A stretch of DNA of 64,000 nt from Cirrosporium novae-zelandiae. Lineage: Eukaryota. The DNA lies in NCBI GenBank assembly GCA_026023565.1, contig JAPETS010000020.1, positions 62,001-126,000 of the forward strand, read 5' to 3'. The notes beneath the pieces were generated by a model, which made no database searches, was not told the origin of the DNA, and worked only from the letters and a program-made list of their open reading frames with translations. Position numbers and translations under genes: made by a program. Positions 24,835 through 36,758 of this stretch are shown here, piece by piece; positions within the stretch are counted from its first letter, which is position 1, and every line of letters starts with the position of its first letter.

Positions 24835-27800
24835 CGCTTGAACTGATTGAGCCAAGATTATTTCTTTTCGTAAAAAAGGTGAGGTTGGTTAAAAATGAGG
24901 TAGGTACCTGGGTAGTTAGATTGGGTGGTGAGTTCGGAAATTTTTTTATAACGCCTTGAATGCCCTAATAATGATGATGACGATAATGATGGTAATAATC
25001 ATAATAGCATGATCAGATCATGTAAGTAGTTAACCACCTACAAGTAGTGAGCAAACACAGCAGAAAAAAAATACGATTGCCCCAACCCCCTCAAAATCCC
25101 CATTCCGGCTGAAACATCCGAGGCTAGGTTCTAACAATTACAATTACGTTTCTCCAAGTTTGAATATAACCAATTATATACCTCTGCACCTCTGCGTGCG
25201 TAACATGCATGAATCTTGTAAACTGGGGTAGCCTAGCCCTTATGCTGGTTCTAGTTACAGAGGGAAGAAAAGAAACGGAAGAAAGAAAAAGGCATCAAAT
25301 CGGATCCTCGCTTTAGAAGTCGGGTTGGATTGAATTTGGAGCCTTTTGCTTTTTGCTTGGGGATTTGAGGTTGTTTTTTTTCTCTATTATACTGTACTTG
25401 TCGATCGAGGGATCAATCTTCTTTTTCCCCATCGGCTGTGTGTGTGTTGTGCTGCTTGCCTTGCCTTGCTTGTGCAGGCAGGCTAAGTAAATGACTTGGA
25501 TTGGATAGCTAGGATGTTTATTATGTGTTGTAGGTCCTGGACCAAGGAGGGGGAGATGAGGTGGGAAGGGGGTGCAGGATGAATATAGGTATATGGATTG
25601 GTTATTAAATGCCGGGTTATCCCCTGACAGAAAAGAAAGTAAATATCTATCACACAGCATAAGATGGTGGTTTCTTAGTGAGGCGGTCCTGTCATGCGAA
25701 GCATATAGCTTAGTTGGTTTTGCTTAGTTGGGTAATTAGTAGTTAGCTTATGGATTTAGCTACTGTAGCTGGCTGGTGAGAGGTAAGTTAATTAGCCCTT
25801 GTTATTTTTGAATGTCGTTGGCGTCGTTAACATGATTTTCAGATTTTCCTTAGCATCATCAGTCAAAGAAAGGCAGCCATAGAAAAAAAAGAAGAGACAA
25901 GACTCAATACTTACTTATTGGGGCCACCATTCAACTGCCGTAAAACTAATTAACTTGAAGAATACAGGATGGGTCCCTCCATTTTCCTTCTGAACTAACC
26001 TGATAGTGAAGTCCATTAATTAGAAATGATACTAAAATTTTCTGTCTAGTTTAGCGTCCACCACCAAAACAACGACAACACATCGCATCATCCATCACAT
26101 TATCTTATCAAACCAAAAATAAGAAGAAAGGAATTGGCCAGATATATAAAGTTAGTCCGAAGTAGAGCCTTAGGTTGGATTTTAACCTGCCCAAGAGAGT
26201 TGAGATGAAGAGGGAGAGAAAGGAAAGGAAAGGAAAGGCAACTAAAGGCTTTTGTTAGTTTACCGTACCTCGGTAATATTGTTGTTATTCATATTATTAT
26301 TCATATTATTATTCATATTATTCATATTATTATTATGGTTTCATAAATCATAAATGAGTCCTTGTTTTTTTCTGATTTCTTCGTCTTCTACTTTCTTTTC
26401 TTTCTTTCCATTAAGACTGGGTGACTACTAAGTGACTGACTTGAATCACTCGAAATGTGCAACCCTTCCTTTCCCCGATCCGGTCCTATCCATAGTAGAC
26501 AAAGCCGATAGGTAAGTAAGGGGACTTAAGAGGTAATTATCATTGATTCATTTTTAATTATTTTCTTCTTCTTTCAAAAAAGGACCTATTAACTAATCCG
26601 ACTTACCGACTACTAACACTGGCTAACCTAATCTAAAAACAATAAAGTGAAAACAAACAAAATGAAAAAAAAATATAGACGAAAAAGAAAAAAAGGGAAA
26701 AAAAAATAAAATAACACTTGACACATTTCCGGAACATTTTGGAAACTTTGATCACGTTACAAGTCTTTAGTGCTTCTCTGCAACTGTTACTAACACTATG
26801 CGACCATCCTATCTATAGGTCTTACAGGTTTAATGCTAGTACAGCATACGTCAAGGTACCTTGGATGGAGGAAACCTGACGTTGAGACCTGCTCGGTGAT
26901 GCTGTCATCCGTCACCACTATGAGAGAAATCTCTCGCAGGAATATTCCGACAGGAACATGCAGGGATTGATTTGCTTATTTGAAAATGGCTAGCTAGTAC
27001 TAACCTTATCTGCCATCTATTGGCCGAGACATGTACAACATTGGCCCCCAAAGTAATTGGTAGACCCGCGAGGGCCTGTAGTAGAGACTTGTCTGAGGAC
27101 GTGCAGTGGCATATGGCTCTTGGGTCAAAGGTAGCAAGAGCTTGGCGGTGAATGACATTCTTATATCCTAATATTGGATTCTACTTGCGCCACACGAAGG
27201 ACGGATGACGCCAGGCAGGAGCTGACCGCTGCCCTGGAGACGACTATACTTCCTGTACCTGCCTATAGGTCAGGCATTTGGTTGGGATTGTTAGATGTAA
27301 ATGATTGGGGAAGGAACCGCAGATGCTGAGGGGAAGTGAAAAAGATGTTGTAAGATCTTCTTGGTAACTTCTATCAATTGGTTGATAGTAGTGGGATGAG
27401 TCACCGATAAGGATGGGGAAGAGACGCGGGTGTATAAGTAGACAGCTCTCTCCCTTCAATCCGTCAACATCTAGATCCATAACTTTCCGAAAGCTCCAAC
27501 TTGAACTCATTACCATATCTCCGATTATCGGCCGAGCCAGTTACTTGTATCGCTCGCCAAGTCCATAGCCCCCTCCCATCCGACAATCCAACCAGTACAC
27601 TATAAACCCACCTTTATACTCTCCACTATCAATATGGGTTGGACTTGCTCAAGCTGCAGACACGTCAACGACGGCATTTGGAATGCCTTTTCTCGCTGCA
27701 CCAAATGTGGAAAAAAGAGATGTTCGCAACAACCATCTCTTGTCACCGAAAGGAAAGAAGACATTGGAAATGAAGTCAAGCAAGAAGGAAACAGCATAGA

Positions 27801-28301
27801 TTGAAATTATGGGGGCCTTGATGAAATTATAGGGCTTTGGTGATGTAAAGCCACCTTTTCCAAGGATAGAGACCAACAAAATGGAAATGCTAATTGCGTC
27901 AACTTAGGAGTCGGAAACGCAGGAACCAGGGAATATTGAGCGCATCAAGGGAGAGTTATATCCATGAATGAATGGTTGGCGAACAACTTGCAAGTGACTT
28001 GAATTATGATTTTTATTTCTGTTTCAATTATGGGTTCAGCATTCGGAGGGGGGAGTGTTGGGAGATGGCAGGAATGGATTTGAACTTAATCGATTCAAGC
28101 ACACAGAGATGTATACTTAGTTTTGTATGAGTGAAATGGAACCGCTTTTTTTATTCAATCATGTTGGTCTCTTTTCGGTATTTCACGAACAGATGCACTT
28201 AGGTCTCACATTATATCCGCCGTTTCAGATGCAGTCATCTGAGAACATCTCCAGAGTGCTCCATGTCCCTCCGGTGTACCTCCGGTGTACCCTTCACATC
28301 T

Positions 28302-29057
28302 TCATTCCCGATACTGAGTTCTTCCTCTTGATTCCATTGTTATCTCCCCGTCACTTCTTTTGCCCGGGGGATCTTTGGATGCCCTATTGTTTTCCTTATC
28401 AGATGCTCTTATCTTCCTCAACCACGTTAGCTCTCGATGTCTCACTTCAACATCCCACCGCGCTCTATTGATCTTTCTCCTAAGCTCCTCTGCAAATGCC
28501 ACACTTCGAAACCAGCCAAACTTGCAGGATACGCCTATGATTAAGTCTGCGTAACTATCCTTATCCCTATATTTTCCCTCCTCCATTCGGCTTTGCACAT
28601 CCCTCAGCACTTCCTCGAACCTGTCCCGTGTCTTCTTGTGGGAAAAGAGCTCCCGTTGAAATGCAGAGCTGCGGCCAGAACGAGGGCCCCCCTCATCACC
28701 GTCGCTAAGCGCATATCCCATATCTCGTTCAAAATGTCTTATAGAGTCATCATCTTTGGAAGCCTCACGAAACTTGGACATGACCATCTCAAAGTCTTCG
28801 CACGCGTCGGGCGGTGTTGGTAAGTCATGGACATCGAAATCAAGATCAGGATAGGGGATTAGAGGGATCCAGTAAGAAGAGTACGATATGATGAGTAGCT
28901 TGCGTACTGGGTTGGAAGGTTCGGACGACGTCAAAGCCAAGGGAGAGAGATCAAGATCAATATCTTCCCCTGCCCGACCATTTGATGATTGCCATTTCAA
29001 CTTGATAAGTCGAGATCGGGCAAAGATGAATCGACCTAGAGGAGATAAGGTACCCAT
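28302..29057 (-). CDS. Stand-alone RapZ (YhbJ/YvcJ) C-terminal-domain protein
   Basis: LLIISYS..PDLDFDVHDLPTP..RSG..LIIGVSCKFGWFRSVAFAEEL..VEVRHREL follows, in order, the bacterial RapZ CTD motifs ESFG..[44 protein letters not shown]. No P-loop N-terminal domain is present. Start codon uncertain. Confidence 0.75.
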   Translation of the reverse strand: MGTLSPLGRFIFARSRLIKLKWQSSNGRAGEDIDLDLSPLALTSSEPSNPVRKLLIISYSSYWIPLIPYPDLDFDVHDLPTPPDACEDFEMVMSKFREASKDDDSIRHFERDMGYALSDGDEGGPRSGRSSAFQRELFSHKKTRDRFEEVLRDVQSRMEEGKYRDKDSYADLIIGVSCKFGWFRSVAFAEELRRKINRARWDVEVRHRELTWLRKIRASDKENNRASKDPPGKRSDGEITMESRGRTQYRE

Positions 29058-30226
29058 TGCAAACAAAGAACTTGGATGGAGAATTAGGGAGAGTTAGAGG
29101 GAATAACAACAGATATCACTTTCAGTAGAAACATATCATCATCCAGACGGGGTGGTACATTGGAATGCACTGTACCACCTCGTGCAACCATTGGAATGCA
29201 TCACAATGCAAGAATTGCAACTGTATTTTAGCGGTGATAGGAAGGAGATTGATAATAGAAAGAAAGATGGTACAGTAACTTGACCTACAAGAATCCTCCT
29301 TTGTCCTTGGGAGAAGGAGAATGAGCCTTCAGTGATTAAAGACTTTCTAAGTACTTTCGTAAATGCTTGTTTGAAGCAGCTTGACTCACTTTAGGGACTT
29401 TTTACTGTTATCAATCAATCCGAATTTGCGTGCTTTCACCTACAGCTCTCAGCGTATCTTTTATCCCAGTAATTTAGATAAATATGGCCTACTGCTTCCC
29501 TTAAATCGTTAAATCCCGTGCATAGTGTATGTAATATACAAGTACTCAGTACACTATTGTATTTTACTAGTTACTTATAATCTGCTTCAGTCTAGAAGTA
29601 GGCTATTACCATTCAAACCCATCTAGATCGAGGATTGAAATCGTTATTCCTATGGCGATTGTTTCTGAGAGTTTGTGATTCTGTGTCTGGTTCTGTACCA
29701 GTAAGAAAAGGAAGTTTAAGATGTATGCAAGTGTATCAGAGGAAAGGCTCTATTTTTGTTATTTGCTTTAGATGTTTCTAAGAGCTCTCTAGCTATGACT
29801 TGGGCAGAAAAGAACGAGAAAATAGGAAAAGCAGTCACGCTCCTGACTATATCACTAGCACAATATCCCAATTTTTCAAGTGAAGCTCGGCGTCACGTCA
29901 AGTCTCTGCATCAACAATGGTATCCCATCCCGACCACGATGTAGCCTCAGTTTTTCGACCCAATATCATAACCCCTAGAAGTTTTGGTTTTGGGACATTG
30001 GTGCGAGTCATAATGCTTTAGCAGATCAACAAAAACCACCGAACCAACTACCACACAGCTCACAAGCCAAGCGGCCTAAGGAAGGGTGCATCTGGTAGCG
30101 AAATTAGCATCTTTAAACATATCATTCTATTTCTAGTATTGTTTAACTCACTTGTCTTGCATGTCTTTCACTTTCGGCTGTACTATGAAAATCCAAATTA
30201 CAGACAACAGGGCAACACCCGTGACG

Positions 30227-30780
30227 TTAGTCATTCATCATCAATTTGTTACCCTGTATGGTCGGTTCATCTGCAAAAAACTCTTTGCATTTACCACAGT
30301 ACATATGTTTAGCATCTTTTATTCGATAAAATGCGAGTTTTTCCTTGGTTTCAACGCTCGCGTTGCAGTTTCCAAGCATGCAGACGTAGCTCGCTAGGGG
30401 GTGTTGTATCTGGATATTCGATATTTCTGCATCTGCAGATAAACATGGCTGGTCGAAGGACAAAGCTGCCTCCAAGTTACCTTGAGGTGCATCCGTACGC
30501 TAAAATATGTTAGAAAATGAGATATTAGCACTACAGGACACACCCACCTCGTCAAGTTCTTTAGTGGCAAACTTAAAGCCATAGTCACTCTTCAGTTCAT
30601 CGCCGTCTTCCTTGCCGAGCTCCGATGATAACACGTTGATATACTGCCACGAAAGATCGTTAAGTGAGATTCCATGACTGACATTTTCCTTGGTGCGAGT
30701 CTTCGATAATATCTCGCTCTCCTTATGGTCGTCTGGAATATATAAAGAATGTCCTATGTCGGAAGATGAGTTTCATCGTG
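30227..30780 (-). pseudogene. Degenerate remnant of a C2H2-type zinc-finger gene
   Basis: YVCMLGNCNASVETKEKLAFYRIKDAKHMYCGKCKEFFADE has finger-like spacing but has lost His ligands. Upstream fragments are broken by stops. Boundaries approximate. Confidence 0.35.
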
Positions 30781-31612
30781 TTATGGAGTGAAGAGTCAAG
30801 GCAGGGGAGATAAAATATGTTAACTAAATAGAGCCCCGGTCAACGGATATAAGAAAAAAAGAGTGTTCGGAGGAAGCATAAGGCGAATTTTATGAGGTAG
30901 TGACGGTCACTATTAGGGCACAGAAATTGCTTTATTGGATTAACCATCAGCCGACGCAACTTATGAGATGCTGTTATCGTATGGTGTGGCTGATGTTTCT
31001 TAAGAGATCACCGAGGAGGATCCAGAATGTTCTTTCAGTCTTCAAGTGTGCTGTCATACTGTTCAGAGTGCCCAAGATACCTACCCCCGTCCCTGTTGTG
31101 GTGGTTTATCTCATCTGATTGCCTAGGTAGCTAGGACATTCATTACAACTGATATATAGTTATACCTAATCCATGATTATACCGGGCTCATGGTTCTATT
31201 CATATTATAACTAAACGGTTTTTCATATAGTAGGAATGGCAGCCTCCTGATCCATCTTTAAATGAGAAAGGTTCTAGTGGAATGGCAAAAGGGCAATAGT
31301 ACATGATTTGATGCTAAAATATGAAGTGACGTGCTCGTGAGAAACATGATGGATTGAATTTTTGTTTCTGTTTAATATGCAAGCGTCATAGATATATTTA
31401 ATCAAAGCCTGTAGACGTCCACATTTCTGTTTGTCTTCCCTGGTTCCGCCTTCATTCGCTTTTTGATATCTCCCGCATAATGCCAAACACTGGACTACAG
31501 AACTCCCTGTAAAACAAACTTGAATCCAAGTACTAGAAAAACGGAATCCAAAATATAAATCGCTCCAAAACGCCATCCATGCCAAGGCCCACGCCTTTCG
31601 ACTTCAACCACC

Positions 31613-32376
31613 TTATCCCTGCAAACAAATGCTAACAAACTCTTCCCGATCAATGGCCCCATCGCCATCCATATCAAACTCCTCAATCATGGCTGCTAGT
31701 TCCTCTTCCTGCAGTCCTTCCCCCAACTCCCTTGCTACCCGTCTGAGGTCTTCTAGATCAATCTTCCCCTTCCCGCCTTCATCGAACAATTCAAACGCCC
31801 TTAGAATTTCCTCCCTAGGGTCCCGATTGAGAATACGAGTAGCTAATAAGTTCTGAAAGATAGGTAGTGGCAAAAGAAGCTGAGTGGGATGCGTGTTTGC
31901 GACAGCAGGGAGGGCGGCTTTACCCGCGGAAGAGGAAGCAGGGTTGGATGAGATAGAAGATGATGGGACACCATGAGTTTGGAGGATGTTGATTAGTTCG
32001 GGTTTGGGGAGGTCAAAGCCGAGGGCTTTCATGGCGACTTTGAGCTCGTGGTAGTCGATGTGCTTATCTTTATCGAGGTCGAAAAGAGCAAACTATTATG
32101 TATATAATTAACCTACACTCTTCTCAATCGCGATGGATTACGTACAGCCTCATTAACCTCCTCCTTCTGCTCATCGCTCAACATGTTGAACTGGTTCTGC
32201 CCCTCTCTCTCTAGTCTTTCTCTTTCCGCTTGTCGCTCTCGCTCCAAGCGCTGGGCCTCTCGCAAAGCCGCGCTGGCGCTGGCAGAAGCTGCGAACTGGT
32301 TTGGATTCGTTCCTGTGCGGTATCCGAGAGCATTCCGGGTAGGAAAGGTGGGGTGCGAGGGGTTTTGAGATGCCAT
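31613..32376 (-). CDS. cdc31: Centrin (Cdc31), EF-hand spindle pole body protein, ~236 aa
   Basis: Exons 32376-32146 and 32092-31613 give [38 protein letters not shown] ... DPREEILRAFELFD ... MIEEFDMDGDGAIDREEF. Confidence 0.95.
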
Positions 32377-32531
32377 ATTCGAACCTCAGTGTCGATGGGT
32401 TGAGACAGAGGAGGAACGGTAAAGATGGTTATGGTCCAGAATAGATGGGGTCAAATGAAGTGATTCTGTTACGGGATTGAACTGCTGGGTTATCTTTTGG
32501 GGAGCGAAATACAAGGTAGGGGCTGCATTCG

Positions 32532-32587
32532 GCGCGTCTTGAAATGTAAAGGCCATCGAGTTGTAAGACACGCGATTTAAGTCGCGT
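32532..32587. promoter_or_regulatory. MCB-like CGCG elements upstream of cdc31
   Basis: GCGCGT at 32532, and an inverted pair ACGCGA-N6-TCGCGT at 32570-32587, 155-210 bp upstream of the centrin ATG. Confidence 0.45.
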
Positions 32588-32851
32588 TTTGGGATTAGCT
32601 TGAGTTGGTGCAAGGCTGCAAGCGGATATGCTAGAGCCCAGCGCCGACGATCCGGAGGTTATATCCATGACGTCTCGACGCTGAACCAACATCTACAGAA
32701 TGTCTTAGATATCATTGATCAAGTTAGACTTGAATATAGTTATGATGAATATTTCAACAATTGAACATTCAAAGAAAGACAGTAAGATGAATAATAGCCC
32801 ATTTTCTAACAATTTGATATCCTTTCTTATAGTAAGATAATTGTTGATACA

Positions 32852-33960
32852 ATGCCTCTACTCTCCACCCTCCTCCGCCTAACTAATTTCCGCTCCCCCT
32901 TGCTTCGTACTCTGGTTCCTACCTTATGTCTCTCCTATGGCTTTCAAGCTGCCGTGGCCATTCCCTCCATAGCCTTACAATCTGAGCGTTTCTATGATCT
33001 CTCAGGCTTGTTGACATATCTTTCCTGCACGGCTCTTTCTCTATATTTGCTAGCTATACGTGCATGGGCTGCTGCTGCTGCTGTAGGGACGGTAAAACCT
33101 GCCTAGCCAAGTATTCTTAATGCGTTGTTAGGAAAGGGGACGGCGGGAGTGGGGTTGAACTGGAGACAGGTAGTGCTGAGTGGAGCTGTTGCCATTTGGA
33201 CAACGCGATGTACCCTTTCTATGCCGTTGCCCTTCATGTACTCGTGCTGATCTCCCTAAAAGTTGGAACCTATCTCTTCAAACGAATCCTGTCCACGGGG
33301 GAAGATTCCCGTTTTAAAGAGATTCGCCTCTCACCCCTAAAGTGCTTCATTGCATTTATGGCCTAAGCGACTTGGGAATCCCTCTGTCTTTTTCCTGTCA
33401 TAGCCATCAACAGCATCCCCGCAGCACTCCTTAATACACTCCCTATCCTCTCTACTGATGCTCTCGGCCTCATGCTATACGCTGATGGCCTAGCCTTTGA
33501 GATTATCGCGGACCGCCAGAAATCTTGTTGGATGCAAGAGAAAAAGGAGAAAAAGCATGACCAGTGGATTATGGGGGAAAAGTAGGCATCCAAATTAATT
33601 TGGAGAAAGCACGCTGTGGACCGGAATCGCAACAGTGGCGGGAGAAGCATTCTTGAGGTCGGTAGGGCAGGTGGGGCTGGGATTGAGTGAGTGGGGAATT
33701 TAGGGTCGGGTCGTGGGGATAGGAATGGCGGCGGTGAGTCCTGCGTTTGTGAGCATTCTGTTGCTAAAGGTAAGGTTCTGTCCTTGTTGCAGCTACTATT
33801 CAATTCAATCTCGACAATTAGATACACTTGGTCTAGGGTTAACATTCAACAGGTCTCTGGTATTCCTATGAGTGAAACCAAGTATGATAAACGATATGGT
33901 GATAATCCTGAGTATCGCAAGTGGAAAGAGAACACGCCCATGTTTTTCCCGAAGTTGTAA
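32852..33960 (+). pseudogene. DUF1295 / steroid 5-alpha-reductase-like membrane protein pseudogene
   Basis: Family motifs SERFYDLSG, GEDSRF, FEIIADRQKS, GLWGKSRHPNxFGE and VSGIPMSE..YDKRYG..EY..WKENTP are present. In-frame stops at 33104 (TAG), 33364 (TAA) and 33596 (TAA), plus a frameshifting deletion near 33560. Confidence 0.9.
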
Positions 33961-34230
33961 GAATCACCCAAAAGCGGACTCTTCAAAGAAACGCCATGGT
34001 TCAGATTTGGTGCAAGTCCAGTCCAAATGCGGCGCAAATACGTTTTCAAGAGATGGATCATGAAGGGAGCCTCAGACAAAACCTGAATTGCATGGAAAAT
34101 GTCCGTCTAATATTTTGTGGATTTTTAAAGTCAATCTCGTTCGCTCTACTGGTTAGTGACTGTGATAAGCTAGAGGGGATATTATCGTGAAAGGCATAAA
34201 AGTTGTTCGGGAGAGATTGGAGGCCTTCAT

Positions 34231-34243
34231 CCGAAAGTGACCG
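34231..34243 (+). promoter_or_regulatory. CCG-N7-CCG AcuK/AcuM-type element upstream of the FBPase gene
   Basis: CCGAAAGTGACCG is an exact match to the motif described for A. nidulans gluconeogenic promoters. A CreA-type GCGGGG lies at 34451-34456. Confidence 0.55.
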
Positions 34244-35124
34244 AACCGGACCAGCGGATTACCCGATTACCCGACTTAACCCTACCACGCCTACTCCTCC
34301 ACTCCCTGCCGAGGGGTTTCCTTCCGTAAAGCTTCTTCAACGTGTGTTGATAGTCGATAGGTCAGATAGAATAACCATCCTGTACTCTCACATGAAAGTT
34401 CAAGACTTATTTGGCCCTACCCCTCCCCCTCGTTTTTCATGGATGATTTGGCGGGGCAGCAATGTTTATCATCCCAGCCTCTGAAGCCACCGCAATTGCC
34501 AATTGTTGGGATAATAGTTTAGTAGAGAGCTGCCAGCCGTGAAGAGAGAAATAATATAGGACATGTCTGGTTTTTATGGGAAACTAATGGTCGCACCACA
34601 GGGTTCTTATGTTCTGGCCCATCATAGTACGCAAGATGGTCCCATAGCCCGTTCACATCCGCAATATCCTGATAACCTATTATTATGTGTTGGTAAGACC
34701 CCTCAAATAAATATGGTCCAGATTCCTCCAGGAAAATCTTATCCTTACCTCTCTGTACTCCCTTCGTTCCAATTTCCCGTATCATCTCCCGGCTTTTTAT
34801 CATCTCCGCTCATATCACCGCTCAGATCTATTGATTTGGGATTAGCAGACGATAATCGATTCTTGTGATACTGTATTGTATTGTATTGTCTGGACCGAGG
34901 TCAATCATTTCCTTAGAAAGAGCCCCAAAAGAAGCACAAAAACCAGACAAACTAAGTCATTCACACGCAAACGTCATTGTTTGGTTCCGAACTCACGTGA
35001 AAACCAAAATTACCCCTCTGAATCTTATAAACACCGTTTTCTCTCCACTATCGGCACCATGATGTCTCTTCGAGAATCTCTCAGCTCCCATCCTAAATTT
35101 GTTCCTCTCTCCCCTCCACCCTTT

Positions 35125-36283
35125 ATGGCTTCCGCTGTCAATGGTGAAAACAGTGGTGGTGCCGTTGGCCAAGAGAAGATTAACACCGACATCATTACCT
35201 TGACCCGTTTTCTGACTGAAGAGCAATCAAAACACAAAGAAGCCACTGGTGATTTTACACTTTTGTGCCATGCTCTCCAGTTCTCCTTCAAATCCATTGC
35301 ATACTACATCCGACGAGCTACTCTGATTAACCTGACTGGATTGGCTGGCTCCTCCAACACTACCGGAGACGACCAGAAGAAACTCGACGTAATTGGCAAT
35401 GATCTCTTCGTTGCGGCCATGCGATCCTCTGGAAAGGTCCGAATGCTAGTTTCTGAAGAAGAGGAGAAGACTATCTACTTTGACGAGTATCCAGATGCCC
35501 GTTATGCGGTAGTGTGTGACCCTATTGATGGCTCCTCCAATCTCGATGCTGGTGTCTCGGTTGGTACTATCTTCGGCATCTTCAGGATCAAGGAGGGCTC
35601 TGCGGGCAAGGAGGAAGACATTCTACAACCTGGTACTGAACTTGTTGCTTCTGGCTTCACCATGTACGGAGCTTCGGCCCAACTCGTCATCACCATGCGC
35701 GACAGCACTGTTAATGGTTTCACTCTCGACAACTCACTTGGTGAATTCATCCTTACACATCCCAACATGCGTATGCCAAAGTCACGGGCAATCTACTCGG
35801 TCAACGAGGGAAACAGTCTTTACTGGGAGGAGCCGGTGAAGGAGTACATTAATAGCCTAAAAGAACCATCCAAAGTTGGTGCAAAACCATATTCATCACG
35901 ATATATCGGTAGTATGGTTGCAGATGCCTATCGTACACTTCTCTATGGTGGCATCTTTGCCTATCCTGCAGATAAGAAGAGTCCAAAGGGAAAGCTACGG
36001 ATTTTATACGAGTGTGCACCTATGGCCATGGTTTTCGAGAATGGTAAGCCATTGATTCCCTTTTTTGAATATTCAGACCCAACCCACTGGATATCCCTTT
36101 GTATCGAAAGTGAAGATTGCTAATTGGGTTTCAATAGCCGGTGGACAAGCCATCAACAGCAAAATGCAACGTATGCTCGAGGTCAAGCCGGAGTCGATCC
36201 ATGATCGGTCAGGGATTTTCCTGGGAAGTTGGAACGAGGTCCAAAAAGTAATCGATGTGCATAAGGCTTATGCTAAGTCATGA
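35125..36283 (+). CDS. fbp1: Fructose-1,6-bisphosphatase class I, ~354 aa
   Basis: Motifs GDDQKKLDVIGN, VSEE, CDPIDGSSN, RYIGSMVAD and GKLRILYECAPMA. Intron at 36044-36137. In-frame upstream ATGs at 35059/35062 are alternative starts. Confidence 0.97.
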
Positions 36284-36758
36284 GTATATATTTGGGATTT
36301 CGGTTCAGGGAAATTGTCATGTGTGTGGCCTAGGCCTAGGCGTTTTCTGTTCTGTTCATAACTAGCATTTTCAGGTGTGAGATACGAATCTATAGGCATG
36401 ATTGAAATGTCAAAATTGAGAATTGAATATCAAAACAACTTTAGCAGAATTATGAATGATTACTGTGGTACTTGTGTTAACAGATAGTAAATAATATTTC
36501 AATGCAAGAACTTTAAGAGACATGTTGTGATTGCGGTGGTAATTTTCATGAACAAAGGGCGGGTGGAGAAAATTTGATTGGCCCACATGACTAAGCGAAA
36601 ACTCGGTTAGCTCGAATAATTTTTCTACTTCAAGTTTCTTCGAACCCCAAATTCTTCAACTTCCATAATTCATTCACTATCACCTTCGGTTCTCTGTCAA
36701 TCTGTCCAGAGCAACGCATCTCTTGGTATGTACACCACTCTCACAACCCATTTCCCCT

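Noticed and set aside
20367..26340. Tandem repeats as a CRISPR-like array
   Set aside because: Simple microsatellites without unique spacers, in a eukaryotic context.
26850..27960. Coding-like fragments on both strands
   Set aside because: Multiple stops and no family I can recognise; not assignable without a search.
34876..35124. 83-codon open extension upstream of FBPase
   Set aside because: Starts at TTG and is not FBPase-like; only the ATGs at 35059/35062 are plausible alternative starts.
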